Shown: positions 1 to 13,235 of the stretch, piece by piece
Layout: each line of letters begins with the position of its first letter
Position numbering within the stretch: the first letter of the stretch is position 1
Notes under the pieces: generated by a model
What the model saw: only the letters and a program-made list of their open reading frames with translations
Database searches by the model: none
What the model was told of the DNA's origin: nothing
Origin: Takakia lepidozioides
Taxonomy: Eukaryota > Plantae > Bryophyta
Direction: 5' to 3'
Length of the DNA stretch: 64,000 nt
Assembly (NCBI GenBank): GCA_030704615.1
Contig: CM060734.1
Coordinates: 3,534,001-3,598,000, forward strand
Made by a program: the position numbers and the translations under genes

Positions 1-483
1 CTGTCGCTGTTACTGTTCACCCCTGTTTCAGGTTGTGGGCTGAGCAGCACTGCTGGAACCAATACCATGTTTTCTAGCATGACGTCTACAACAGCCTTAG
101 CACCAGTATTCAATTACCATGTCCTGACTTTGGATTCACATTGGTTGTGCAGGAGCCTACGGCACTTTACATACCCTGGTTGGTAGAATGGTTGGTAGAA
201 ATCCCTCAACTAGCTACACGAGGGCTTAAAACCACTGGGTACTATGCCCCCAATGGTACTTCATAGCCAGTCCTTGCAGTGAACTTTGAATCAGTCCATC
301 CTCTCCCAATGGCATGAGAGATGGAGGCTGCAAGGAGGGGGGCCCCACAATAACACAACTACTGAGTGAACTGAAGAGCACCTCAATAATCAGACAGCAC
401 CATCCTCACATGTTTCTCAAGTGCCAGCCACGTCCGGCCATAACAACCGACACCCAGAAAGAAGGACAAACCGGGGAAAATAC

Positions 484-2724
484 CGGATCTGCCCACTTGG
501 CTCTAATAGCATCTGAAATTTTCTGGCGATGCTCATCTGAGACCCCTTTGGCCTTCAGGGCCACTGCCCGGTCCTCTTTTTTCTTCAAAGCTAGTTGTTT
601 AGTTGCAGCTATTCTTTCCTTCAGGAGTCGCTGCTTGAGCATATTATATGTGTCCCAGTCAAATTCTTCGTCCCCAAGTCCTCCCTGTCTAGCAGCCTCT
701 GCCACAATATCCTTCCACTCCCTGAGGCACATCTCCTGGCAGAGCTTCATCATCCTTTTCATCTGCCATGTCATTCTCATTGAATTCCGGATCTTATCCT
801 TAGTTTCCTCACTGCACACACAAGAACCCCAGTGCTATCATCACAGACAGCTTCTTAGAGAACATAACACTTGTCATGCCTAGGTGAATCATTGACCAAC
901 CCCTGTGAACGTTGGCTGCTTACAGGCACATCCCAATGCATTACCAACCCATGGGACCCAAAATAGAGGGTGCAACAACAGATAGCAGATGGCAACTCCA
1001 TCCCATAGACAGACCTCAGATGTCTGTTCGAGTATGGGACAAACTCTCACTTTACAGGGTGTAACACGAACTCAATTAAGAAAAGAGAATGTGGTCAAGA
1101 TAACATGTAAGTCCTTACGAAGGATTTTTCCCACAATTCCGCAGCTTCTCCCGAACCTGCACCACATGCACAGAGTACCCAACCCATCATAAGAATGAGA
1201 GACAGAGCTGTGTCCGTCTTGATTGTCCTCTGAAATATTGGTTAAGACCACCCTGGCAGCATACAAATGTGTTGCTATAGCCTTGTGGCCTAACCCGTGA
1301 GAAGAAGAAACAAGAAAAAGGAAGAACAGAACTGACAGAGTGGGGGAATGGTGAGGGAGAGAATGTACTCATAAGACATTGTTTGCCATAGCCTTGTGGC
1401 CAAAGATACTGCGCCCAGTTTGGGCAGAACAAGAGAGAGAGAGAGGAGAGAGAGAGAGAGGGAGATGCACCCATAAGCTGCCCTGACCACACTGGAACAT
1501 ACAAAACTCGGAATAGGTGTGGTAATCATAAGAGTGAGCCTACAAATGGTACACAGTATTTGTGGGAGAGAGAAAGGGAGCCAGCGGAGATTCCAATAGT
1601 GATGACTGACTTCCTTTCCAGTGTGAGAGCGTGGGTGATACACACAGAACCCAGCCTCTCATAACAGTTTTCCCTCTAGAAACTGAGCTTCAAGCCAAAC
1701 TACCGAATCAAGGGGAATAAAAGAAGTCACACGACCGAACCTTTGGATTGAGCATGGCCTGTCTTGTTTTTTCCCGAATTCTTTCAATTGTTTCTGCCAG
1801 GCAACAACTCACAACAGTTGTAATCTCTCTCTTATCTCTCTCTACTCTAATATAACAGCGCAACCGAGTTTGCATGCGGACAAGTGCCTCTGTAAGCACC
1901 TCAATGGCAGTTGTGGGAAAATAAGTTTATACCTGCAGTTGAGTTGCAGGGATAAGCTAAACCCTGGTGGGTGCGAACCCCACAAAAGGCTTCGGGAGGG
2001 TTAGTTTCCCGCAGGATCAATGGCCGTAAGGCTATGGCAAGCCAACGTTCACAGGGAACAGCATGAGTACATTCTCTACTCTGCATTGTGTGCATGGAAG
2101 CAATGTGATGCTTCCACCTCATTACCATACAAGATTATTGCCTACTTCACATCCAGCAGGATCAGCTCAGTGCAAACACCACTAGCAATTTACCTGGTGA
2201 ATGCCGTTTGCCCTTGTTCCAGGGCACCCTTCCTTTGTTGGACTTTGCTATATTCTGTCGCCGTAATTTCTCTTTGGCTGCGATACCCTCTCTTGGTAAA
2301 TCCATTGATTCATACTCGATCTCTCTCTCCTCTACATAGTGCATATGTGTGCTGGGGTGCTGTGAATCCATGATGTTTGGGATCCCCAGCGACACAACGG
2401 TCCCTGCAGCAACCTGAGAAGTAACTATTGTTCCATTATCTAGGGCCACAACTGCCAGTGCCACAGTAGCACAACCACAACGACCTGTAAGCTTTTCAGC
2501 GACTTGGCCGTTCCTTGCTACCCATAATCTGAAAGGGGGGGAAACCTTCCAATAAAAGCCAAGTCTGACCGGAATGGTTTGTCCTGAATTAGAGAGACAA
2601 AGCACATTTCTCAATACAGGCCTGCTGCAAATGAGGTCCGTGGGAGAATGCATAATCGAAGCAACCACACCGGTTGAAGGGAGATGAGATGATCCCAGCG
2701 ATAGAAGGGAGGTCCACAGGTAGC
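484..2724 (-). CDS. Spliced host gene, NUMOD3-motif (nuclease-associated modular domain 3) protein, similar to Arabidopsis At1g53800/At1g53250; exons about 2194-2724, 1741-1793, 1119-1156, 484-811; true 5' and 3' ends not resolved
   Basis: GT-AG bounded exons join in frame to give EKLRRQNIAKSNKGRVPWNKGKRHSP-ETIERIREKTRQAMLNPK-VREKLRNCGKNPS-EETKDKIR...EWKDIVAEAARQG...DEEFDWDTY...HRQKISDAIRAKWADP, which follows the plant NUMOD3 family pattern as I recall it. Confidence 0.85.
1261..1660 (-). mobile_element. Degenerate LINE 3'-end remnant in an intron of the NUMOD3 gene
   Basis: TGTACTCATAAGACATTGTTTGCCATAGCCTTGTGGCC (about 1363-1401) closely matches 28771-28808 of the LINE tail; a second partial copy lies at about 1270-1292. 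Confidence 0.55.
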
Positions 2725-4489
2725 CTGCAGGACAATCCACACCAATGTATACGGATCATGAGACGCTCGCCTACACCAAAGTCCAATTCACGAATGCAGC
2801 ACAGTAGCTGGACAATTGCACTTATTAACATCTCTGCAGCAAGCTAGGACTTTTGAGTTGTATAGTTGGCTGGAATGGTGAGCTCAGCACAATCGCATGG
2901 CAGGCCAGGGAAACTTTGTGAAATGCTTCCACTTCATGGCCAAGAACATCTCTGTGCTTGGAGCTTACGTTCAAGGCCCTCCGTGTTCGTGCAATGATTC
3001 GGTTCAGTGCTTTTGTCTGGTATGCGTTACTGTCCCATACGCTTTTCGGACTTTCCTGGACCCTATCAAGGTATGTGCTTTATACTTCTCTCTCAAACAT
3101 ACCCTGACACAGATATACATGCCTTCAGCAGCCACGCCGTGTGTGTACATGCCCGTGCCCAATTTGCGTCTCCATCTTCAGACTTCGAGCGATAAATGGA
3201 GACACAAATGGAACAACCAAGCACCTTCAGATCCGATGGTGAAAGACCTTGCAATGAATGAGTAGGAAAAAAGAGCGCCGAGGAGAAAACAACCTGGGTA
3301 TCGACCAAGCAGGAGGCGTGGCAGACTCCCATCACCAATAGCTCCACAACTTGCAACCCTGCCTCTCAAGTAAGAGAGATTACCTTACTATTACACTATC
3401 CTGCCCAATTCTCTCCTCTGCTGAGAGCCTGAAGGCCTGTGGACGACGCATGGCACATCTCCGCAGCAAAGGACCCGGACCCAAGTGATAGAAGCTCGAG
3501 AGTGCGGAGAAGGAGGTAGGCCAAGCACTACCATCCACTTCCCATCGCAAGCTTTTCCGCCTGCGCTCTCAGAGACAAGATACTCGAGTAGCCATTTATG
3601 AGAGTCTTTTTTCTTTTCTCTCTCTGAAAGTCTTTTATTTTTTTTTCTTCAACACAAAACCCCTGTCCCTTAACCCTAGCCCTTTTTTGACTTTTTACCA
3701 ATTTTGGGTACCCAGCTGCAGTAAATTGCCCCTAGAAACCTACCGAAAATCATCCAGATATTCCAGCCTTATAGCAATGGGCCCAGCTCATTTATGCATG
3801 ACATACCAAAAAAGGATCCAAGTCCACCGTGGAAATTGTGAGATTATAGCATTTGCCCGGACCTCAAATATCAGGTCCCAAATAAAAAGTGAGAAAGAAA
3901 TTGGTTTGACCAAATCAAAACCTAGCTTTATCCAATTTTGCTTGCCCCAAGACCCACCATTTCCAAATCACTAGTGGAGTGGCTATGACCCCACTAAATT
4001 GCAGGTCCAACTGATTTTTTCACCTATGGTTACTATTCATGCAATTACATGGGGGGTTGAAATCTCAAAATTGACAAGAGAAAATGTGCCTCCAAATGAA
4101 GTACTTTTTTACAATTTTTTAAAAAAGCCAATGGTGGATGTGTGTATGTAATGCTCACACACCACAAGGTGAAGTGCTTTTTCCAAAATTGCTAATGTTA
4201 TGCCAAAAATGGCCTTTGGAGTGCAATATGTTTTGGGCTTGTTTACCTGCCACATCAGCGGTCAACAAGCCCTTTTCAGGCCCCAAAACGTAAATGAGAT
4301 TTTTTATAGGTCGAAGCTTTTGTTTTTTTTTTAATTTTGTTTTTTGCATCATACTCGAGACAAATCCCTTGTCATTAAAGCTTCAGGAATGGGCCCCATC
4401 AGATTAGATCTGCAAAAATTAGGTCGAATTGCAAATTCAAAGTGACCCCATTCAGGTCGCTTGGGAACTTAAGGGTTAAAAAAAAAAAA

Positions 4490-4490
4490 C

Positions 4491-4546
<56 letters not shown>
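4490..4546. repeat. (GAAAAC)n hexanucleotide microsatellite
   Basis: About 9 tandem AAACGA units after an A-run. Confidence 0.95.
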
Positions 4547-4547
<1 letters not shown>

Positions 4548-4841
4548 TAGAAATACTGGCCCTGCCTTGTTTGCTACTAATTTTGAATTGCTTCAAATGA
4601 TTGACATAATATGGGAGTTTAACCCTTGCAAAACTGCAAGCGAAATTGAATCTCCAGCCACAAAAAAGCCTCATAACTTGAGGAAAATTCGCATGGGTGA
4701 AAACTGATACTATGGAAGCTACTTACCATATATAACCCTGCATAGCTTTATAAAAAGACCCAAGTGGGGTGACTGTACAAATGGGTGTAACTGTCCCCAA
4801 GAGGAAACAACCAAAGCGATATATTAACACAAAGAAAGAAA

Positions 4842-5246
4842 TCAAACTATTCTAGTATCACCTACAGCCTGAAGAAGGTCAGACAACAGGAAAGAGGGTG
4901 GATCAGACAGTGCGGGGAGGCGAGATGAAGCCGCCCCAGCAACCTCTGCCCGACGTAAAATAGATTGAGCTTGAGCCTTTTGCAAAGCAACAGAAACTCG
5001 TTGTCTAAAGAATGCTACAAGAACAGAGGCGTATGGGCTTCCAAGGCTTTTGTTTTCTGCTGCACGATGGGCACATGTGCGAAGGAACTCATTGAACTGA
5101 TGATGCAAACAACCAAAGATCTCGACTGCCAAAGGAAGGAATGTGTCTGTGGATTGACGTGCCTGATAGTCATGCTCCTTTCCCTGCGCAGCTACTGAAG
5201 CAGCAACTCCCTGTGATGAGGCTGTGCGGGGCAGAAGATGCACCAC
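4842..5246 (-). pseudogene. 3' fragment of an RLE-type (CRE-like) non-LTR retrotransposon, restriction-like endonuclease C-terminus
   Basis: AA..GKEHDY...FLPLAVEIFGCL...FFRQRVSVALQKAQAQSIL resembles the C-terminal RLE of CRE-clade elements; 5' truncated. Confidence 0.7.
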
Positions 5247-5271
5247 ACAAAAGAATTTTCCACTGTAGAAG

Positions 5272-5497
5272 CTGGGAGCACATCAGTGGTAAATGCACAG
5301 TGTGTCGCCCCTGGTGGTTCGGGGTTCAAACCCGTTGCCCTGCCCCGTGTGTGGGATTGTTCCTGACGATATGTCTGGGCGTTGATCGTCCTGTAGGTCT
5401 CATGGCCCATAAATGAAAGGGGGTTAATTTTTCCCCCTCCTCAAGGGCCAGAATTGTGGGCTCTCGCCCCCACGTTTCCTTTACATATATATATTAA
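5272..5497 (+). mobile_element. Putative tRNA-derived SINE
   Basis: A-box-like CATCAGTGGTAA (5281-5292) and B-box GGTTCAAACCC (5323-5333) with tRNA-like spacing; (AT)n tail at about 5485-5497; no TSD identified. Confidence 0.5.
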
Positions 5498-5724
5498 ATT
5501 GGGAGATTATAATAACAATGTTGTGGACAGTCTCCAGCAGTTTTTGACGGCCCAAAAATCTTGTTTCCTTATCGAATTTCCTAAACTACAAGATTTTGTG
5601 TCCGGGAGAAGATTTTGCGGCCGATAATCCATCTTCCCACCAAGTTTCAGGAAAACTTGGGGTTGTTTTGTTTTTAGGCTCTTGTGTAGTGCCATCTGGA
5701 CGGCAGTCAAGGATGGGCAGCAAA

Positions 5725-8382
5725 TTTTTTTTTTTTTTAATCAACAGGGGACAATGGCCCTGAAAATTTATTTAATAAAAGCGGATTACATAGAAGTGAG
5801 GAAAAAATAACCTCACAAGAGACACCGTAAGGAAGAGAAAGGAGCTTTGCCCCGTAACCAAAACTAAGAGCCCTGGAGAGGCTAAGGATGAGCGCTGCAG
5901 GAAGAGGATGGCGATTAAGGCCTAGAGGAGTCGAAGGAGAGATACGCCTTGGACTTGGCCTTTCTCAGGGTGCGCTTATGGCGCCAATTGACTTCGGAGT
6001 CCTCGGCCTCAGCAGACTGACGGGCACTACGGGAGCTACCAACATGTCGGGAAGCAGTTGTTCCAGACAACCGTTGAATTGGAAGTTCTTGTGCACAAAA
6101 CACCTCCTTATCAAAGTCAATGAATAGTTGCAATCTCCTGTTCTGTGAGCATCTAGCAGCAGCTGTACAAAGGACATGCCACGCTTTCTTGCTTTAGACA
6201 GGATGTCTGAGTGAGCTCTATGGAGCACCAACTTTGCACAAGGAGCAATACCATCATAAACAAGAGCACATCTACATTTCCAAATGTTCCAGAGGGTGTG
6301 GGCTCTTACAGCAATCCAATAAGAGCCATTGTGCATATTTAAAAGCAAGACAGAAGTCTGGAAAGAGAAATCCAAGGACCAGTTACCATAGAATTTCCTG
6401 ACTGCAATCCAAACAGAGCAGGCAAAGGGACAGTGTAACAAGCAATGCTCGATTGTCTCCGGTCCACCTGAGTTGCACATGGAGCAGGGAAGCTATGGAT
6501 CCGAAATGAAGGCAACTACTAGCAGGATACGGTTGACAAGCTTCCATAAGAACCCACTTATTTTGGCTGCTCGCTGTTTTCTAAAAACATCTTTCCACAC
6601 TAATTGCCAGTTGGCTGGAAGCAAGGGAAGATGTCTCTACTTGGAATTCCACTTTTCATTGAAAAGTATCGGGGGCCTTTGGAGAGAGTATCTGAGCTTC
6701 ACAGTATAGGCAAAGAAAGGCTTGTGGACCTGCGACATCCATTTCCATTCGGCAGGATCGAATTGTAGAAGTGTAATTGGAGCCCGCAGAAACCAAAAGA
6801 AGGAATCTCTGTAGTGCTAGATGTTAATAGGAGGAGAAGGGTTAAATTCTCCAGTAATCTTGTAAAAGACCCTTATTGCATAGAGACCTTCCTCCTGCAA
6901 TTGAGAGAAACGAGGCTAGTACAGAGCACCATCACTGTCCGACAAAAATTGCCAACCAGAAACAAAACCGGCATCCCGGGAAATGGCATAGAAGGCAATT
7001 TGCGCAGAGCCAGCATCACCTCTCCCGAGCCAGGCTGGAAGGGATCGAACTACGGACGGATCAAAACATATGGAGGTCCACCACTGCGGAATCTCCCCGA
7101 CCACCAAGTCCCAGGCTTGAGCTCTCTTGGAAGAAAGATTAGGAGTGACTAACTCTTTGGGAAGGAAGTTGGAGGAATCCCATATATGGCAGAAATGTGA
7201 AACCCGCGTTCTCCCAATGAGCCCACCGCTTGGAGCAAGGCAAGGGCACTTCGGAATCAGAATTATAGTTACCGAAAAGAGGTTGGCGCAGGGTCTCCTC
7301 CACTGTAGAAGGCATAGTTTGATAGAGGGAATTCCGAATTTGAATCCATGCTGACCAGATTGAATGCCAGCGCGGCCCGTTCACCGGCGTTAAAAGCAGG
7401 TGTGGCGGATTCTCGCCGCTACGTGGCGCTATATGATTGAGGTTCGATTATCCCATATCGATAGCCCAGATTCAGAGCCCCGGGGAGGATATAAACGGGG
7501 CGAGTCTCAAGGGAAGGCCGATGGGTTGATGGCTGATGACATGGGCCTCGGTGGTAGGTCTGCCGTCCTCTGTGCGTAATCGGCCATCCCTGCCGATTCT
7601 GCCCTGGGTGGCCGATTCGGCCTGAGAATTAGGCCGAAAAAGTGGCAGAATCTGCCACACCTGCTTTTAACGTTTGGGTGATCTGGGTCAAACTAACCAG
7701 GGCTCTTCGAAATGGAGAGGATGCAGTAGCTCCCCAGAGGATGTTTCTAACCAAAACATTAATCTGGTTGATGATCTCGGAGCCTGGTGACCAAACCGCA
7801 GCTGTGAACCACGACGAGGCCAGAACCACCTGATTAGCCACAAGAGCACGCCCTGTAATCGAGAGAAAGAGGGAACTCCAATAAACAAGGCTCTTCCTAT
7901 ATTTTGAATCACAGCTTCACAACGCTGGATATCAGTAAGCCCGTGGCCTATGAGATGCCCCAACAGCTTGTGGGCCTGCCTATCTTGAAGCCGCCGCAAC
8001 CCTAAGTCCTGGCCCCATGAGTCAATGTGATTGTTAAAGAATCGGGACGTTGCTTGGAGAGAATCCCCATTGACTTAGACCAATTGACCTTGAGCCCCGA
8101 TGCCAAATATAAAAGGTTGAGGGCCTGGAGCGAATCCAAGATATTAGACGTCGATGCATTATCCAGCAGAAGCACCGTGTCACATGCGTATAGAGATGTT
8201 TTGATGGAGGCAGGAGCAGGCAAGGATCGGGGGATTTTGAGGCCCTGTATTTGTGGATGAGAGTCAAACAAGTGCCCAAGGCAGTCAGCCGCCAATAAAA
8301 AGAGGAAGGCAGCCAACGGGCATCCTTGACGAACAGAGCGATGTAAACAAAAAGCAGGAGAAATAACCCCATTCACCAGATT
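5725..8382 (-). mobile_element. L1/Tx1-type LINE, 3' half (RT C-terminus, zf-RVT, poly(A) tail); degenerate
   Basis: T14 run at 5725-5738 (poly(A) on the minus strand); CSMCNSGGPETIEHCLLHCPFA zinc finger; RSVRQGCPLA and SLYACDT (YADD-like) RT motifs. Confidence 0.9.
7394..7666. mobile_element. MITE inserted in the LINE
   Basis: 20-bp TIR AAGCAGGTGTGGC(G/A)GATTCT (19/20 match), flanked by TTAA at 7390-7393 and 7667-7670. Confidence 0.75.
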
Positions 8383-9109
8383 TGTCGCGCACCTCACTTC
8401 AGTAAGCTCCCCTTCAAGTCATAGTTACTCGCTTTGATGCGCGCACCTAACTCCCAACCTGGCCGCCGGGCCAACTCGGAGCTTCGGCTGCTCACCGGGA
8501 CATAACGGTCCCCCTTTTCTCCCCCAACAGACCCTCCACCAATTTGGGCCTAGTGGAAATTCCCTTTGGTAGCTGGCAGTCCGGAATAGCTCCCCACTTC
8601 TTGGTCGCTTTCCGGCTCGCTCGCTTACTCACTAGTTTTTGGTCACCAACGGGCTTGCACCGTTCTCGGGGTTACTACTCCCTATATATACTTCTGTGAC
8701 TGTCCGCGGGGGTTTCACAAACAACCATGCCATTTTATGGCGAACCACCATGAAGACCCTCGATTCCCGGTGATGAGTTGCGGTGAGTCTTGGCCCACCC
8801 ACCACAGCCCCATTGGACCGTGGTGAGTCCCAAGACTCCCCACGACTCCCACCACCAGGTCTCCGCCCCATGGTGAGTCCTATGCCACCCCCACTAAGTC
8901 CCACTAAGCTACCACCACCCCTTGTGGAGCCACCCCCACCGCAACTCGGTGTGCGGGGCTCCACCTAGTGAGCGCCTCTGCCTCCTTGAGTGCCTTGGGC
9001 ACTCAAGGGTGCTTCAGCCCCCCCGTACCTATTGCTGCCACCGCCCCCCACCACAAGGGCAGCCCCTCTGCGTCCCGACCCCCTGCCCTCAAGGCAAAGG
9101 GCCGCGACA
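8383..9109 (-). repeat. 3' LTR of chromovirus A
   Basis: TGTCGCGC...GCCGCGACA, matches 57125-57849; PPT (minus strand GGTAGGGGTGTG) at 9110-9121. Confidence 0.93.
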
Positions 9110-10013
9110 CACACCCCTACCAACAGGGAGTCGATGTCCTCATCGACTTGTCCATTTTGTAGAAACGAACATCCAAGTTGTGGCGTCCCACATCAAGGAG
9201 TTTGTTTCCGCACCATGGCGTCCCATGGCAAAGAACCAAACCCCACACTTGACTCTACTCTCCACTAGCTAGTTCGGCCGACTTCCTCCAAGTCCCGGCC
9301 AAGGGTGGAGCCTCTCAAGCTCCACCCAGTGCACTCTTCTTGGCCTACTTCAAGGCCAAGGAACGATCCTCCCTGAGGATCAAAACGCCTTACTGCAACA
9401 ACATTGCTTGCGACTGCTCATGATGCCGCTTTTGGCATCACCTTGTGCAAGGGTTCACCTTGAACCCTTTTTGACTAGGAAGATAACCTTGAACCAACCG
9501 TGCGCCCCAATCACTACAATTGGGTCCGCCTTGGAATGTTGGCCTGAGGTACGGGAACACGCCGAAGCGGCACTACGACTTCGTCCCGAGGCTACACGAT
9601 TATAGTACGTGAACGGAAGCACGTAGCTTCTGCGTTAGCCCGCACTACAAGGCAACCCCCTCGGTAGCGCAGTTATAGTACGCGCATGCGCCAGATGCGC
9701 ACTAGCACGTGAACTCCCAAAGAAGGCGCAAGTTTCTTTGCCCCTTGGATGGGAGTCACCCGATTTCGGCTCTGCGCAAACACACGATTAAACCAATTTA
9801 CCTCTCCCACTTTTGTAAGCTAGTATGCATTCTACACACTAGCCAACCATACCATGCATCACCATTCCAAACAAAATAGGAAGCGCAACATTTGGAAACC
9901 ATTTCATTTATAACAAAATTTGTACAATACAAGTTTTTGCAATCGGATTCTTGAGCTAGCTAAGCCGGCTAAGCATGCATTTCCTCCCCCACAATCCAAG
10001 GTTGATGTCCCCA

Positions 10014-10545
10014 TCAACGCTTCTTCCGCTTTTGAGGTTGCCCTTCGAAAGCTGCAACCGCCTCGGATGCGTTTCTCATTTCTGAGGCACGCACCCAAGA
10101 TGCCTCCACATAATGATAGCCTTTCCTTTTCACGAGATACTCTATTTCTCGATTCTTGAACCTCCTCGACTTAAGCATTGTCTCCACCTCGTACTCAAAT
10201 TCATTTTCATGATCCAACAGCACAGGTGGCGGACGCAACACTTGATGCCGATTCGGACGCGCTTCATCTTTGAAGTAAGGCTTCAAAAGGGAGATGTGGA
10301 ATACCGGATGCACCTTGCTGTTTGCCGGCAGCTCCAATTCATACACATCCTCATTCATAACCTTCCGGATTCGAAAGGGTCTCGCATACGGAGGTACAAA
10401 CTTCGGGCTCACTTCCGGAGGTAGTCGAAAATTCTTGATGTTCAACCAGACCTCCGTGCCTGCCTCAAACTTAACTTCCCTCCGCTTCCGATTTGTCTGC
10501 CTTTCATACTATTTCCTAGCTTTGGCAATGTTGTACTTTGCGAGC
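10014..10545 (-). pseudogene. pol: Chromovirus integrase C-terminus (GPY/F module plus chromodomain)
   Basis: VYELELP..SKVHPVFHISLLKPY; EYEVETMLKSR...IEYLVKRKGY..VEASWV. Confidence 0.9.
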
Positions 10546-12085
10546 TTGAACAATCTCAAATGGGCGGTCGAACTCCGGGATTTTCAAGACTGGAGCTTCC
10601 GCTATCCGCTGCTTCAACTCGGCAAAAGCTTGGCCACAAAAGGTGTTCCATACCCATACCTTGGATTTACACAGAAGGTCTGACAGCGGCCCCGCGATCT
10701 TGGCAAAATTTCTCACATACTTTCGGTAATAGGAGGCGAGTCCTAGGAAGGATCGCACTCCCGGGACCGAAGTCGGAGGTTCCCAGTCCAAGATCGCCCT
10801 CACTTTTCTGTCATCCATTTTGATCCCATCCTGTGTAATCACATGCCCTAGAAACTCCACTTTTGTGACCTCGAATTCGCACTTTGAAGCCTTGGCATAC
10901 AGCTTCCCTTCCCGCAATTTCTGGAACACCCTTTTGAGGTGCTCCAGGTGCTCTTCCTTTGTTTTCGAGTACACCAAGATGTCGTCGATGTACACGATCA
11001 CAAAGTCATCCAGCCACTCCTGGAAAAGGCTGTTCATTAGCGTGCTAAAGGTTGCGGGTGCGTTGGTGAGGCCAAAAGGCATCACCAAGAACTTATACGA
11101 ACCATGTCTTGTCCTGCACGCGGTTTTCTCCTCATCTCCTTCCGCCACTCGGATTTGATGGTAGCCGGAGCGCAAATCGATCCGGCTGAAATACTTTGCT
11201 CGTGCCAACCGATCAAAGAGGTTGTTGATTCTTGGCAAAGGGTACCGGTTCTTGATAGTCACCTTATTCAGAGCCCTGTAGTCGATACACATCCGCAACC
11301 TCCCATCCTGCTTGTCTACGAATAGCACCGGGGCTCCGTAAGGTGACTTACTCAGCCAGATGTACCCCTTTGACATTAGATCCTTGAGCTGTGTCTTCAG
11401 CTCAACCGGTAGGGCGCCTTGGCAGGCAGCTCCGATCCCGGTATCACCTCAATCTTGTGGTCAACTCCCCTTCGCGGTGGCAAGTCGCTTGGTAAATCCT
11501 CCGGCATCACATCCCGATATTTCTCCAAGATCCCTTTGATCCAATCTGGGCTCGGCTCCCTATCGCCTTCTCCCTTCACTTGTCTTACATAAAGCAAAAA
11601 CTGGGGCTCATGTGACTCCTCCACGGCCCACTCCCTTGCTGACAGAAGGTTTATTCGCCCTCCCACGGGGTTGGGCGTTTCCGACACTCGTAAAACTTCA
11701 CCACCATTCCCACACGGTAGCGTGACTACTCTCTTGCGGCCATCTATGACCGCTCCGGATTTGCTCAAAAAAGTCATCCCCAAAATGAGATCCACTCCAT
11801 CGATCTTGCAAATGGTGAAGTTCTCACGTCCCTCCCAAGTGCGCAGTTGAAGAGGAACATCGAACGCCAACCTCGTCGCCAATTGTGGTTCTCCTTTGGC
11901 AGAACGCACCTCAATAGAGGCCCCCACATCACTTGTTGGGAGTCCCAGCTTTCGTGCCGTTGCCGGTGTCATGAAGGAGTGCGACGCTCCTGTGTCCACC
12001 AACAACGACACGTTAGTTCCGGAGATTATCCCACTCACAAACATTAACTGACTCCCTTTACACAAGGCGCCAGTTTACTGATACA
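10546..12085 (-). pseudogene. pol: Chromovirus protease and reverse transcriptase; RNase H and integrase core deleted
   Basis: LLVDTGASHSF protease; [19 protein letters not shown] and [10 protein letters not shown] motifs; ends abruptly at DRPFEIV. Confidence 0.92.
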
Positions 12086-12089
12086 ACTC

Positions 12090-12572
12090 ACAAGAGTAGT
12101 TGTCTACCTTGCAAGTCTTGGCGACCACCACCTCCATCAAGGGGCTGATGGAATCTTCGGACAACTCCGTGGTTGCCCGAGTCATGTTCAATTGTCGGGG
12201 TTTCGTGCACTTCTTGGCCATGTGCCCGGGCTCCCCACAATTGAAGCACACTCCATCGAAGGTCGTCTTTTGTCCGCCATAAGGCGTCGCACCTCATTTT
12301 CCTTTCGGAGCACCGGGTGTCGTCTTGGCGTGTGAAGGCCCTCCCTTTGATTTCCACGTGCCATTGTCGCCGCGTGGCCTATCCCACTTCTTTTCCGGTC
12401 GAAAGAAGTCACCCTCCCGCCGGGTCTTCTTATGGTTCAGCTCCGTACGGCCTTGTCTTTCGCCCCTAGGGACATCCGAGAAACATTCAGCCCTCTCAAT
12501 TGCCTCGTTCAAAGTCTTAGGTGGCTTCTCCTCCAACTTCCGCCTGGCCCATGGGGCCAGTCCCGCCACAAA
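12090..12572 (-). pseudogene. gag: Chromovirus gag, 3' part with CCHC zinc knuckle
   Basis: FVAGLAPWARRKLEEKPPKTLNEAIERAE and CFNCGEPGHMAKKC; continues from PEMVFNF at 56370. Confidence 0.85.
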
Positions 12573-12599
12573 TACTACGGGAAAAGGGGGTTCTTTGAG

Positions 12600-13235
12600 A
12601 CGCCCGCGCCACGCCGCAGCGTCGGGAAAACGCCCTTTTCGAGCACGCGGGAGGCGCAGAATTTGCGACGCCCGGCTGTCGCCATGCAGTCGTAAGGGCG
12701 TCACCATAATGACGTCGCAAAAATGCGACGTATGGGGGTCGCGAGCCCCCGCCCCAACTCCCGCGACTGCTGGACGTCGGTTTTTCAGGCCGTCCGCGCC
12801 GATGGCAGGAGCTTTCGAGCGACGTCTCGCCGTCGCGGCCCTCCAGCCGACGGCGTTGGTGGGGGCGCCAGCGCGGCGTCGCATCCCCTTTTTGTTTTTC
12901 TAACCTGCCCGGGAGTCAGCCGGGTGGTACACCAAGCAACTATTGGGCGTGGCACAAAATAACAGGAGACGGTCTCCGCCACGCCCGGGCGTGGGTTGTT
13001 GCGACGCTCCAGCGTCGCTTTTGTTTTAAATTTAATAAAAAAAAAAACGTGGCGCAGGCAGGGTGGCGGTCTCTGCGTTGCCAGGGCGTTGCGGCTTGCG
13101 ACCCCCGGACTAAAAAACACGTCGCAGGGGGTGTCGGGCGTTGCCGCCCGCAAATGGGGTTTGCAACGCCCGACCGTCGCTGCTTGCGACCCCCGCCCAA
13201 AAAACACGTCGCCATTGGCGACGTGCTGAAGTCGC
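12600..13235. repeat. CACTA left subterminal repeats
   Basis: Dense direct and inverted GCGAC(G/C)/(C/G)GTCGC motifs. Confidence 0.8.

Noticed and set aside
314-883. 189-aa plus-strand ORF
   Set aside because: Antisense shadow of the NUMOD3 exon 484-811
3383-3460. First coding exon of the NUMOD3 gene
   Set aside because: A GT donor exists at about 3383, but the phase does not match the acceptor at 2724; it may be 5' UTR
3670-4479. piggyBac-like element (TTAA-CCCT...AGGG-TTAA)
   Set aside because: Only 4 bp of terminal complementarity and no transposase; the left motif may simply be a telo-box-like promoter sequence
5272-5345. Functional tRNA gene
   Set aside because: A and B boxes are present but I could not fold a convincing cloverleaf; kept only as a SINE head
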